In this document: in pieces, positions 50,824 to 59,275 of the stretch
Position numbering within the stretch: position 1 is the stretch's first letter
How the letters are laid out: each line of letters starts with the position of its first letter
Source of the DNA: a virus
Lineage: Duplodnaviria; Caudoviricetes
Virus record (IMG/VR): IMGVR_UViG_3300033412_000009
Span: 5,434-69,433 of that record
Length of the DNA stretch: 64,000 nucleotides
Strand: one strand, 5' to 3'
Notes under the pieces: model-generated
Told to the model about the DNA's origin: nothing
The model's input: only the letters and a program-made list of their open reading frames with translations
Database searches by the model: none
Translations under genes and position numbers: made by a program

Positions 50824-51588
50824 TCACTCCCCCTCGTCCGAGATCGACAGCCACGGGAAGCTGGTGGCCAGCGTCTCGCGGTCGATCAAGTGGCGCTTGT
50901 GGTTCAGCCTCGGCTCGCCCATGTGCTTGGCGCAGAAGAACCTCGTCGAGTAGTCGTCTTGGAGATAGACGAACTCGGACGGCTCGTGACAGAGCGGGCA
51001 GCGAGGGACGTACATCTGCACGATCCGCTGATGCTGAGCCCGGTAGCCGCGCTCGTGCTCGATGACCTTGCCGGACAGCTCGACGAGCAGGTCGACGGTT
51101 CCCATGCTGTGCCACGCGTCGACGTCGGCGGGCACGGCGTAGAAGCCGCATTGACAGTCTGGATCCGGCGCGTCGTGGTTCTTGCTCACGGCCCACGGGT
51201 CGTAGTAGCTGGAACACTTCCGGCACACCGCATCCATGTCCTCTTCGAGGGGAATGTTGTTGAAGTTCAGCGACGCCAGATGCAGTCCCTTGCGGTTGAG
51301 GCCGATGACCGCGGCACGGTGGGCCAGGATCGGAATCTCCGACTGGACCACCTCCAACTCGGGCTTTGGGTCCACGATCGTCCCCGGGATCGACACTCCA
51401 CCTCGTGGTGCGGCGAACGCCGGGAGGCTGTTGCCCCAGTTGATGCTCCAGCTCGTCGCCGCCGAGAAACCGGGCGTGTTGACGGGCGTCATTGAGATGG
51501 TCGTATCGCCGAGGGGCTTCCAGATCCCGCCGTCGACTTGGTACCACGCCTTGCCTGTCGTGGCGTCGATCGCCAGTTTCGTGCTCAT
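50824..51588 (-). CDS. Conserved phage protein with HDAP..C.CGFYA motif
   Basis: HDAPDPDCQCGFYA...VELSGKVIEHERGYRA; C-terminal CPLC...FC..H. Confidence 0.7.
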   Translation of the reverse strand: MSTKLAIDATTGKAWYQVDGGIWKPLGDTTISMTPVNTPGFSAATSWSINWGNSLPAFAAPRGGVSIPGTIVDPKPELEVVQSEIPILAHRAAVIGLNRKGLHLASLNFNNIPLEEDMDAVCRKCSSYYDPWAVSKNHDAPDPDCQCGFYAVPADVDAWHSMGTVDLLVELSGKVIEHERGYRAQHQRIVQMYVPRCPLCHEPSEFVYLQDDYSTRFFCAKHMGEPRLNHKRHLIDRETLATSFPWLSISDEGE

Positions 51589-51687
51589 GCGGGCACCGGG
51601 ACGGGATGCGCCGGGGCAGGCTGGCGCACGGGCGCGGGCGCCTTCTCCGGGATCGGGATGTCGTGGATCCGCTTGGGCTTGCCGATG

Positions 51688-51873
51688 TCAGCCATCTTCC
51701 TTCTCCTCTGCGCTCACGATGTTGTGGACGACGATGCCGTCGTCGTGGATCGAGTAGAGGACGAACAGGTCGGTGTCGGGGACCTGCATGGCGAACAGGT
51801 CGCCGCGTGCCTCCGCCGCCTTCAGCAGTTCCTCACCCTCTTCGTCGTTGATCACTTCGTAGTCGTCGCTCAT
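51688..51873 (-). CDS. Small acidic hypothetical protein
   Basis: MSDDYEVINDEEGEELL...; SD GGAGAGGA. Confidence 0.55.
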   Translation of the reverse strand: MSDDYEVINDEEGEELLKAAEARGDLFAMQVPDTDLFVLYSIHDDGIVVHNIVSAEEKEDG

Positions 51874-52035
51874 GACGTCCTCTCCGGATGGCACTCCATC
51901 CTGTGGTCGTAGTAGGTCCACGAGCACTGGATCGAACCGCCGACGTCGTACCAGTCGCAGTCGGCGCAGACGATCCGCCCGTAGTCGCTGTCGTACTCGC
52001 CCCGCTCGGTGTGAGCGGGCCAGATCGTGTCCACC

Positions 52036-52596
52036 TCAGTCCTCCCATGAGGCCAGGCAGTCCTCGATGAACGTCTGAGCCTCGATCAGAGCCTCGCGCG
52101 TCGGTGCATCGAGGCTGTCTGGATAGGCCAGCTTCCGGCACCGCTCGGCCCACGCCCTCAGCGGGCGGTTGGGCTCGTCGGTGATGGCACGGCCAACCGC
52201 CGCCCTGACCTTCTCCATCACGGCGACCGGGTCTTCCTCCTCGACCACGATCGCCTCGATAATCTCGTCGTCGGCGTCAAGGGCGCCAGCGACCGCGCTC
52301 GCCTCACCTTGCGGCAGGGAGGCGGCGGCGTGTGAGACCTCGGAGATGGGAAGGTGCAGGGCAGCGGCGATCTTGTCGAGCACCTGTGCCCGGTGCAGCT
52401 CCTGGTAGGCCACCCAGCGGGTGACGGGCATGTTGTCGTCGGCCCACGCCCCGAAGGAGGTGTAGCCCAACTCTCGCCAGCCCTTGATCTTCGCGAAGGC
52501 GACGAGCGCCTCGTAGAGGTCGTGGCTGGCCCGGACGATCTGGGCGGCCAGTGTCTTGGCGGCCACCCGCTTGGAGGGGGTTCTGGCGGGCACCAT
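52036..52596 (-). CDS. Probable DNA-binding protein
   Basis: GWRELGYTSFGAW......TRWVAYQ motif common in phage HTH proteins; GTATACACT box upstream. Confidence 0.65.
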   Translation of the reverse strand: MVPARTPSKRVAAKTLAAQIVRASHDLYEALVAFAKIKGWRELGYTSFGAWADDNMPVTRWVAYQELHRAQVLDKIAAALHLPISEVSHAAASLPQGEASAVAGALDADDEIIEAIVVEEEDPVAVMEKVRAAVGRAITDEPNRPLRAWAERCRKLAYPDSLDAPTREALIEAQTFIEDCLASWED

Positions 52597-52616
52597 AGAA
52601 GTGTATACGCCAGGGA

Positions 52617-52928
52617 CTAGCCCTCAGCGTCCTTCATGGCCGCCAGCACCTGCTCTAGGTCCAGGCCGCTCTCCGCCGCGGCGGTCATCCAGGCCACCTC
52701 CAGCGACATGCTGGCCTCGATCTGCGCGTCCGTGATCGCCTGGTTCAGCTCGTCGAGCGGAACATCGCGCTCCTGGCAGATGTCGACGAGGCGCCTGATG
52801 AGGGCCGACTGCATCGCGTTCTGACCGGACAGGCGCGCCATCGCCTCGGACGCCATGAGGGTCCACTTCATGATGTCAGGAGCGAACTGGCGCGCGATGC
52901 GCCTCTGATGTCGGATGGGCAAGGCCAT
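52617..52928 (-). CDS. Hypothetical protein
   Basis: MALPIRHQRR...; SD GAGAGGAGG. Confidence 0.65.
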   Translation of the reverse strand: MALPIRHQRRIARQFAPDIMKWTLMASEAMARLSGQNAMQSALIRRLVDICQERDVPLDELNQAITDAQIEASMSLEVAWMTAAAESGLDLEQVLAAMKDAEG

Positions 52929-52947
52929 GCGGCCTCCTCTCAGTTGA

Positions 52948-53075
52948 TCGGCGGGAGCGTCAGAGGGAGAGCCTTCCGCGTATCCACACACGGTGCCCCG
53001 AACGTAAGGCACGCCGATCGGCCGACCCAACACACGTGGAGCCGTCGGCGCAGGATCCTGTAACTCTCCCGCCGA
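52948..53075 (-). ncRNA. Candidate structured non-coding RNA of about 128 nt abutting the tRNA 3' end
   Basis: 10-bp terminal inverted repeat (52948-52957 / 53066-53075), inner tccac/gtgga stem and gtgcc/ggcac hairpin; no ORF support. Confidence 0.45.
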
Positions 53076-53077
53076 AG

Positions 53078-53150
53078 AGGGGTGGGCGGGAATCGAACCC
53101 GCATGACCTGCTTTGCAGGCAGGCGCCTTGCCCAACTCGGCCACCACCCC
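53078..53150 (-). tRNA. tRNA-Cys (GCA), CCA not encoded
   Basis: Acceptor GGGGTGG/CCACCCC, U73 discriminator, anticodon arm CCTGC-CTGCAAA-GCAGG, T arm GCGGG-TTCGATT-CCCGC. Confidence 0.95.
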
Positions 53151-53157
53151 CGGGCCG

Positions 53158-53610
53158 CTAGTACGTGGCCCAGGCTTGCCAGCCCTGCGCCTCGAAGACG
53201 AAGCGCGCGGCCAGCATGTTCGTCTCGGGGTCCAACAGGTCTCGGCGGTTGCAGGCGATGCCTGCTCGGCAGAGAGCTGGAACCCAGGTCCCGTGGATCT
53301 GCATGAGCCCCCAGTCGTCCGTCGGCCCGATGGCTTCGGGCTGGCAATGGGACTCACGAGGCATGATGACAGTCGAGATCGGCGAGCGCCACTCGGTGGG
53401 CGTGAACCCCGCAGAGATGGCGTCGTCGTACCACTCGGCGCACGGCCGCCCCTCGGTGGCATCGGCTCTGTCAGCCTCGTACTGGAGGGCCGCTTCCTTC
53501 GCTTCCGCCTCGTGGCCGTTCATCACGGCATCCACGTAGCGGAGGTACTGCGAAGTTGTGCAGCCCGTCAAGGCAAGGACGAGCCCCGCCGTCGCAACGA
53601 TGCGCTTCAT
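53158..53610 (-). CDS. Lipoprotein with lytic-transglycosylase (SLT/Rpf-like) domain
   Basis: LALTGC lipobox; RES...PEA...WGLMQI...LLDPETNMLAA...GWQAW. Confidence 0.85.
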   Translation of the reverse strand: MKRIVATAGLVLALTGCTTSQYLRYVDAVMNGHEAEAKEAALQYEADRADATEGRPCAEWYDDAISAGFTPTEWRSPISTVIMPRESHCQPEAIGPTDDWGLMQIHGTWVPALCRAGIACNRRDLLDPETNMLAARFVFEAQGWQAWATY

Positions 53611-53633
53611 CGGTCTACCTCCTGAGCGCGCAA

Positions 53634-53653
53634 AGGCCCCACTAGCGTGGGGC
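53634..53653. terminator. Short hairpin
   Basis: ggcccca-ctagcg-tggggcc between genes. Confidence 0.4.
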
Positions 53654-53664
53654 CACGCCCAAGC

Positions 53665-54144
53665 CTAGACCGTCCGAGGGATGTCGTACTTGATGCGGAG
53701 CGCTTCGGCGATGGTGTCGAAGTCCCAGCCCCGGTCGTCGTTGGCGCTGGCGGCCTCGACGTAGCCGACGTCGGGGTAGCCGTCGTTGTCTTCCGGGTCG
53801 AACGGACGGATGTTCGGCAGCGTCGGGTTGTCGTCGGCGATGCCGAGCCACTCCTGCACCGGCTTGGGCAGGGTGTCGCTGTTCCGAAGTGTCCCACCCT
53901 GGGGCGGGTTCCAGATGTACGCCCACCTCTTGTCGCCGTCGTTCAGATCTTCTGGCTCGACGGTGAGGTTCACGCCGTTGCGGATCGCGACCTCGCAGGC
54001 CACGCCGAGGCAGCAGAACTCGTCCGGTCCGCCCGGGTACTGGGAGCGCCGGAGCGCGCCCTGCCCCTGGGGGATCTGGTCGTTCTCCAACGACTCGATC
54101 CACAGCTTGATGTGTTCACGGTTGCCTGGTTCAAGGGCGCTCAT
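53665..54144 (-). CDS. Conserved phage protein with CCLGV motif (copy 1)
   Basis: W...L....PQGQGAL....FCCLGVACE...LP..V..W....NDD.GW.F..IA. Confidence 0.75.
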   Translation of the reverse strand: MSALEPGNREHIKLWIESLENDQIPQGQGALRRSQYPGGPDEFCCLGVACEVAIRNGVNLTVEPEDLNDGDKRWAYIWNPPQGGTLRNSDTLPKPVQEWLGIADDNPTLPNIRPFDPEDNDGYPDVGYVEAASANDDRGWDFDTIAEALRIKYDIPRTV

Positions 54145-54500
54145 GGTGAGTCGCACTCTCCTTCCACTTCCAGGACGTGGTCCCACCACTTCTCGTCGAT
54201 CGAGTTGAAGAGATCGACCACGTCAGGGGTCATCATCGTGTGCAGCGCGCCAACTCGGTCGATGTCCTTCTGGATGATGTACACCGGATGGCAATCGTCG
54301 TCAGCTTCGAGCCAGAGCGCATACGCGAACTGGTCGGTCGGCTCCGACAGAACGGCTGTATACATGAGACCGTGGATCTCACCTATACAACTCTCCAGGT
54401 CGGGGCAGTCCCGTTCCTCAATGGCATCGAAGCGTGAGTGGATCGCGGCACCCACCGTCTCTAGACGATGGTCATACCGTCTGATCTTCCACGCAGTCAT
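54141..54500 (-). CDS. Hypothetical protein
   Basis: 119 aa, lower GC. Confidence 0.55.
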   Translation of the reverse strand: MTAWKIRRYDHRLETVGAAIHSRFDAIEERDCPDLESCIGEIHGLMYTAVLSEPTDQFAYALWLEADDDCHPVYIIQKDIDRVGALHTMMTPDVVDLFNSIDEKWWDHVLEVEGECDSP

Positions 54501-54666
54501 TGTCCTCCTCTATGAAGATGCCGATCGTTGCCGACGAAGCACCCTGCACGGGGACGTGCAAGATGTGACACCGGCCGATCAGCATGTGGGTCAACTGTTC
54601 GGCGTCGAAGCCGAACCCCGTCGGGATCAGGACGTCAATCTCGATCCGAACCAGGTCTCCTCGCAT
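54472..54666 (-). CDS. Hypothetical protein
   Basis: 64 aa. Confidence 0.45.
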   Translation of the reverse strand: MRGDLVRIEIDVLIPTGFGFDAEQLTHMLIGRCHILHVPVQGASSATIGIFIEEDNDCVEDQTV

Positions 54667-54808
54667 CTCGTGCCTCCTCTAGTTCTCTTCGGAGGTCTGC
54701 ATTCTCTGCTTTGAGGAGCTTGATGGTCAGCATCGCGTAGCAGAAGTCTGCGAGCGTCAGCCGTCGTCCGGCTGGTCCCACCACCACGACATCGCTTGCC
54801 TCATCCAT
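54635..54808 (-). CDS. Hypothetical coiled-coil protein
   Basis: MDEASDVV...LKAENADLRRELEE; SD GAGGAGGA. Confidence 0.5.
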   Translation of the reverse strand: MDEASDVVVVGPAGRRLTLADFCYAMLTIKLLKAENADLRRELEEARDARRPGSDRD

Positions 54809-54821
54809 CGCCAGATCCTCC

Positions 54822-55061
54822 TCACCAATCCTCCAGGGCGTCCCGGAAGGCGCCCTCCTTCTCCAGCGCGTCGTGCAGCTCGCGGGCGTAGGTGGCGACG
54901 CAGTCGTTGTAGCCCTGTGCCCACGCCGCGTTGATCGCTTCGACGACAGTCGCGTCGAGCGGCTGCCGCAGATGTTGCGGAGTGAAGTCCGCCATCCATC
55001 CCGGCGCATCAGCGGGCTTGCGCCGCTCATGCCACTGTCGAGCCCTGACAGAGCGCTTCAT
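54822..55061 (-). CDS. Hypothetical protein
   Basis: MKRSVRARQW...AWAQGYNDC. Confidence 0.5.
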   Translation of the reverse strand: MKRSVRARQWHERRKPADAPGWMADFTPQHLRQPLDATVVEAINAAWAQGYNDCVATYARELHDALEKEGAFRDALEDW

Positions 55062-55261
55062 GAGCGCACCATCGTCAGGTTGGAACGGACCGATTCCATC
55101 TGCAATGTGGGTGCCGTGCCGTTCAGGAACGCCAGCACCAGGTCGAAGTCGCGCACCTCGGCGAAGCACGAGTACGAGCCGTCAGCCCGCTCGGCGAGCA
55201 TGTCCCAGCCGCCGAAGTTCATGTCGTCGGGCTCTCGGCACTTGACGATTCGGATCTTCAT
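55058..55261 (-). CDS. Hypothetical protein
   Basis: MKIRIVKCREPDD...; ATGA coupling. Confidence 0.5.
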   Translation of the reverse strand: MKIRIVKCREPDDMNFGGWDMLAERADGSYSCFAEVRDFDLVLAFLNGTAPTLQMESVRSNLTMVRS

Positions 55262-55437
55262 GTGAACTGCCTCTCCAGCTCCGCCAGAATGGCGACCCGA
55301 TTCTCGATCGCTAGCGAGAACCCGCGTCGCCGCCGCCACTCCTGGAAAGCGATGACCAGGTGATTCACCAGAGCCCCGAAGAACCCGGCGACAACCGTGC
55401 CGATCACCACCGCCCAGCCATCGATGTTCTCGAACAT
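55258..55437 (-). CDS. Small membrane protein (59 aa, not in track)
   Basis: Hand translation MFENIDGWAVVIGTVVAGFFGALVNHLVIAFQEWRRRR...; SD GGAGGAGGA. Confidence 0.6.
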   Translation of the reverse strand: MFENIDGWAVVIGTVVAGFFGALVNHLVIAFQEWRRRRGFSLAIENRVAILAELERQFT

Positions 55438-55452
55438 GTTTCCTCCTCCGCC

Positions 55453-55484
55453 GGAAGGGCGGGGCCGGACACCCCGCCCTTTCC
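55453..55484 (-). terminator. Terminator hairpin
   Basis: ggaagggcgggg / ccccgccctttcc stem right after the 55498 stop. Confidence 0.6.
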
Positions 55485-55497
55485 GACTAGCCCTTGG

Positions 55498-55791
55498 TCA
55501 GGCCGGGGTCTGACCGGTGCGGGCAGCGTACGCCGCCACGCCCTCGGCCGAGGCGACGGCGACCGTGCCGTCGACCAGCTTGACCAGCACGGGCGACTCC
55601 GCCTTCAGGCTGTAGTCGTCCGCGCCGCCAGCCGGGCGGCGGCTGGCCTTGTTGTAGAAGCCGGACTTGCGGATGCGCCGCGAGCCGGGGACGGGCAGGG
55701 CGCCGCCGAGGGCGTCCAGCTCATCGGTGAAGTCCACCGTCTCGGCGATCGCCGGGACCGAGGACGTGGGCTTGCTGTAGGCCGTCTTCAT
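55498..55791 (-). CDS. Hypothetical protein
   Basis: MKTAYSKP...; SD AAGGAGG. Confidence 0.65.
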   Translation of the reverse strand: MKTAYSKPTSSVPAIAETVDFTDELDALGGALPVPGSRRIRKSGFYNKASRRPAGGADDYSLKAESPVLVKLVDGTVAVASAEGVAAYAARTGQTPA

Positions 55792-55904
55792 GACGGTCCT
55801 CCTTTGGGTGTAGCTGGTTGCTGTGTGGATCACCGCCGCGGCGGCGACTCGCGGCGCCAGCCCCCGCGAGTCCTTGTCCCCCTCGGTCGAGGGGGAGATC
55901 TTGC

Positions 55905-57011
55905 TCAGCCGCCGAGAGCGGCGAGCACCTTGTCGTGGCCGGGAACGGTGATGCCGTTGCGGACGTGCAGTCCACGCAACTCCGACCACTGATCGCCAGC
56001 CACCGACTGGTAGGTGGCCTGCTTGTCGAGGAGAGCGCCGAGGCGCTCATCCGCCGAGCCGAAGATCTCGATCGTGCGCTCCAACGTCAGCGGCCAGTCG
56101 GGCGAGAGCACGTGACGACGATGGTGCGCCTCTGTCCGCTGCGGGTTCGGGATGTATCCGCCGCCCGCCAGCAGCCAGAGCCGCCGTGCCCTCTCGTGCA
56201 GGTCATCGACCCACGCCCACTCCCGGAAGATCTCGGCGAACTGCTCCGCCACCTCCACCTTCGACAGCGCCACCGACAGCCGACAGGCCATCTCGGTGCG
56301 CCACGCCGCTCGGGAAGCGTTGAAGATCCGAACCTCGTAGAACCCGCCGTGTGCAGCTCGTGCCAGATCGGCGTGACGGTCCCAGCCCATCATCTCCATC
56401 TTCGTCTCGAACCCGCGCCGCCACTTCAGGTTGAAGGTCTTGGACTTCTCGCCGAGCATGTCTTCCATGCAGACGAGAGTGTCGCCCCACATCTCCCAGT
56501 CCTGGTGCTGCATCATCATGAGCAGCGCTGAGACTCGCTCGTTGTTGCCACGCCGCTGCGCCCACACCGAGCCTGCGATGTACTCCCACAGGATCGGCTC
56601 CAGCGCCAGCCACGCCTCGGTCATCGTCTTCGACGGCGTCCAGTCGTCCGGCGGAAGGTGGTTCTGGCCCCGTACTTGCGGCGCCCAGCCGAGATGGACG
56701 TGCATCCCGCACATCATCGCCGTCGACGCGTCCACGTCGAGCGCCGCTTCCTGGAGCGCTTCCATCGCGTGGATGGCCCGCTCCCAGCCGCCGGGAGTGT
56801 CGAAGAACAGCCCCGAGATGATCTCGCCACCGCACGACGAATCCCGCTGCGCCCGGAACGTCACGTTCCAGATGTCCGAGCAGTCATCGCAGTCACAGTG
56901 GTAGCCGTGCAGGCGACCTTCCTGCCGTGCCAGGCCGCGTTCGGTGAGTTCACCGATCAGCGCCGGTACCTCGCTCATGAACTCGGCCTCGAATCCGAAT
57001 GATCTGGGCAT
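55905..57011 (-). CDS. Putative amidoligase (glutamine-synthetase-like COOH-NH2 ligase, Amidoligase_2 type), copy 1
   Basis: FGFEAEF, HCDCDDC, RDSSCGGEIIS, CGMHVHLG, RRGNN, YEVRIF. Confidence 0.85.
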   Translation of the reverse strand: MPRSFGFEAEFMSEVPALIGELTERGLARQEGRLHGYHCDCDDCSDIWNVTFRAQRDSSCGGEIISGLFFDTPGGWERAIHAMEALQEAALDVDASTAMMCGMHVHLGWAPQVRGQNHLPPDDWTPSKTMTEAWLALEPILWEYIAGSVWAQRRGNNERVSALLMMMQHQDWEMWGDTLVCMEDMLGEKSKTFNLKWRRGFETKMEMMGWDRHADLARAAHGGFYEVRIFNASRAAWRTEMACRLSVALSKVEVAEQFAEIFREWAWVDDLHERARRLWLLAGGGYIPNPQRTEAHHRRHVLSPDWPLTLERTIEIFGSADERLGALLDKQATYQSVAGDQWSELRGLHVRNGITVPGHDKVLAALGG

Positions 57012-57850
57012 CAGACCTCCTCATCTTCGTAGTCGTAGTCGTCGGTGTAGTCGTCGTCGTCGGGCGGGTCGTCTTCGTCGCCGTCGGGCAGCCCGTCGGC
57101 CCAGGACAAATCGGGCGGTGGATGGATGCGGCCCGAGATGTTGAGGCGGGCCGCTGCCATTCGCTGCACCTCGTCGTAGGACACCCGCAGCGACTCCCGC
57201 AAGGTCGGTGTCGCCGCCGTGTTGCTGTACTGGAGGGTGTAGTTCTCGTCGTTGACGGCGTACCACTGGGCGTTGGTTCTGGTCGACGACGCCCGAGGCA
57301 TCGGAGGCGGAGGCGCGATCGACGCCGTCAGGAAGTCGTCACGCAGCCTCGCCCAGTAGCGATCCGGCGTGTAGAACCTCAGCCCGGTGTCGGTCTTCGC
57401 GCATGGCCGGTAGCCCCACTCCATCGACGCCACCTCCTCCAGCGAGGAGTTCGGCGACATCGGGATCACGTGAGGCGTGTCTTCCATGTCGTGGAGGAAC
57501 GGCTCCAACTGCTGCTCCAGGAAGACGGAGAAGTCGTGTTCGAGCAGCGGCAGCATGAAGACCTGCGGAGCAGGACGGCGGTCGGTCGGATCGAGCGCCA
57601 CCGCCAACGCCTTGTCGCCGCCGACACGCACCTCGATCAGATCGTCGAACACGATCGGCTCCCGATCCCACAGCGCCCGACCAGGGAGTCTCTCGTGGAT
57701 CCTGATCCGTCCCAGCGCGTCCTCGATGGTGAGGGCGCACGCGTACGCGTTGAGCCCGCCCCACTCGTCGTGGGCGTTGGCCAGTTCCCGCAGACGCATC
57801 AGCGCCCGCTGTACGTGGGACTTCTCGTTGTCTTCCACCAGCCTTGCCAT
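57011..57850 (-). CDS. Hypothetical protein with acidic C-terminal tail, inside the amidoligase operon
   Basis: TGATG-coupled on both sides; ends PDGDEDDPPDDDDYTDDYDYEDEEV. Confidence 0.75.
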   Translation of the reverse strand: MARLVEDNEKSHVQRALMRLRELANAHDEWGGLNAYACALTIEDALGRIRIHERLPGRALWDREPIVFDDLIEVRVGGDKALAVALDPTDRRPAPQVFMLPLLEHDFSVFLEQQLEPFLHDMEDTPHVIPMSPNSSLEEVASMEWGYRPCAKTDTGLRFYTPDRYWARLRDDFLTASIAPPPPMPRASSTRTNAQWYAVNDENYTLQYSNTAATPTLRESLRVSYDEVQRMAAARLNISGRIHPPPDLSWADGLPDGDEDDPPDDDDYTDDYDYEDEEV

Positions 57851-59253
57851 CAGTTCACCTCCACTGACGAGACGTCGATGATCCCGTCGTCCTCATCCCA
57901 CTGGCAGTCCCGCGGCAGGACCAGCTCGCCGCCCTGGTTGACCCACTGTTCGATCTCCATGCCCGACTTGTAGGCCAGGATCAGCGCGTCGGCGAGGTCG
58001 TCCTTCTCGTCCTCCTCTGCCGCGACGAGCGCCTCCCAGTACTGCTCTCCTCGCTCGCTGTGGTCGTTGAGGATCGCCTCGACGTCTGCGTCGTTGACGT
58101 CGTCGTCGTCCGGAACCATCGCTGCTGCGTCGAGAGCGAAGGCGCCCTTCGTGGGGATCTTGTCCGGCTCGTCCCGCCACACATGCAACGGATAGATCCG
58201 CTTGGTGGGCAGCACCACCTCATCGGAGCAGCCCTTGTCGAACCACATCTCGATGAAGGACATCCCGCTCTTGTAGGAGGCCGCCTTGAACGTGCCGATC
58301 AGATCGCAGAACTCGGGATCGTCCGGGACGAACACGACGGCGTCGTCGGGCTTCAGCACATAGCCGCCACCACCGATCACCCACGACGTGTCTTGGCGCG
58401 CTTTGCTCGACGTCGAGCCCTGCGTTCCAGTCGCCGCCGGAGCTTTGGAGTCAGAAGCTCGACGAAACCCGCCAGCAGTCCAGCTCCCACCCCGGGAGTA
58501 GTCCCAGGCGTCAACGCTCCCGTAGCTGGAGATGTAGATCTTCTCCGGTGGCTTGAACTCGGTGATCTGGTGCTCCAGGACGCCTTCGGCCGTGTGGACG
58601 AAGCGCAGCATGGCGCCTTCCTTGATGGCGTCGATCGTGATGGAGCCGGGGAACAGCACCGCCGCCTTCGCCACCGCAGCGTTCGTCGAGGCGAAGATGA
58701 CCGAGCCGCCCTCGGTGATGCCGACGTTCAGTGGCGACGACGTGTGCCGTGCCATCCACAGAGCGCCGGGATCGGACTTGTCGATCCACGCCACCGCGAT
58801 CGACCCTTCGAGTTCCTCCAGGGCGACCTTCGCCCCGAGATGGTTGATGGCGGCGAAGATCGCCTCCGAGTCCACCTTCCCGACCCGGGTCCAGCCGTAC
58901 TTGCGGTACAGCTCGTAGTCGTTGGAGACGCACCCATTGTGGACGCCGATGATGTTGTCGCACACGATCGGGTGGTTGTTGACGTTGTCCTTCGGGTCGC
59001 CCTGCGTCGAAAGTCTGCTGTGAGCGATCACCAGCCGACAGCCAGCGCCGATCCCTGGATGCGTTGCCAGGAACTGCGATGCAGGCACCGGGTACTTCGC
59101 GAGACGCACCCGATTCGAGGCCGTGACCCGAGCGATGCCCGTCGCCTCCTTGCCTCGCTGCTCCATCTCCCGCATCAGGATCGCCATCACTTCGTCGACC
59201 TCGATGCGGGCGAGGTCCGAGGGAGAGACAAGCACTCCCGAGATCCCGCACAT
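57850..59253 (-). CDS. Class II (Ntn) glutamine amidotransferase
   Basis: MCGISG (N-terminal Cys), RGKEATG, HSRLSTQG, NNHP, HNG, VDSEAI. Confidence 0.92.
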   Translation of the reverse strand: MCGISGVLVSPSDLARIEVDEVMAILMREMEQRGKEATGIARVTASNRVRLAKYPVPASQFLATHPGIGAGCRLVIAHSRLSTQGDPKDNVNNHPIVCDNIIGVHNGCVSNDYELYRKYGWTRVGKVDSEAIFAAINHLGAKVALEELEGSIAVAWIDKSDPGALWMARHTSSPLNVGITEGGSVIFASTNAAVAKAAVLFPGSITIDAIKEGAMLRFVHTAEGVLEHQITEFKPPEKIYISSYGSVDAWDYSRGGSWTAGGFRRASDSKAPAATGTQGSTSSKARQDTSWVIGGGGYVLKPDDAVVFVPDDPEFCDLIGTFKAASYKSGMSFIEMWFDKGCSDEVVLPTKRIYPLHVWRDEPDKIPTKGAFALDAAAMVPDDDDVNDADVEAILNDHSERGEQYWEALVAAEEDEKDDLADALILAYKSGMEIEQWVNQGGELVLPRDCQWDEDDGIIDVSSVEVN

Positions 59254-59275
59254 GCGGGCCTCCTTTCTGTTGTGT

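Noticed and set aside
54357-54362. GTATAC matching the intergenic promoter motif
   Set aside because: It lies inside a coding sequence in a lower-GC patch with no start codon at the expected distance
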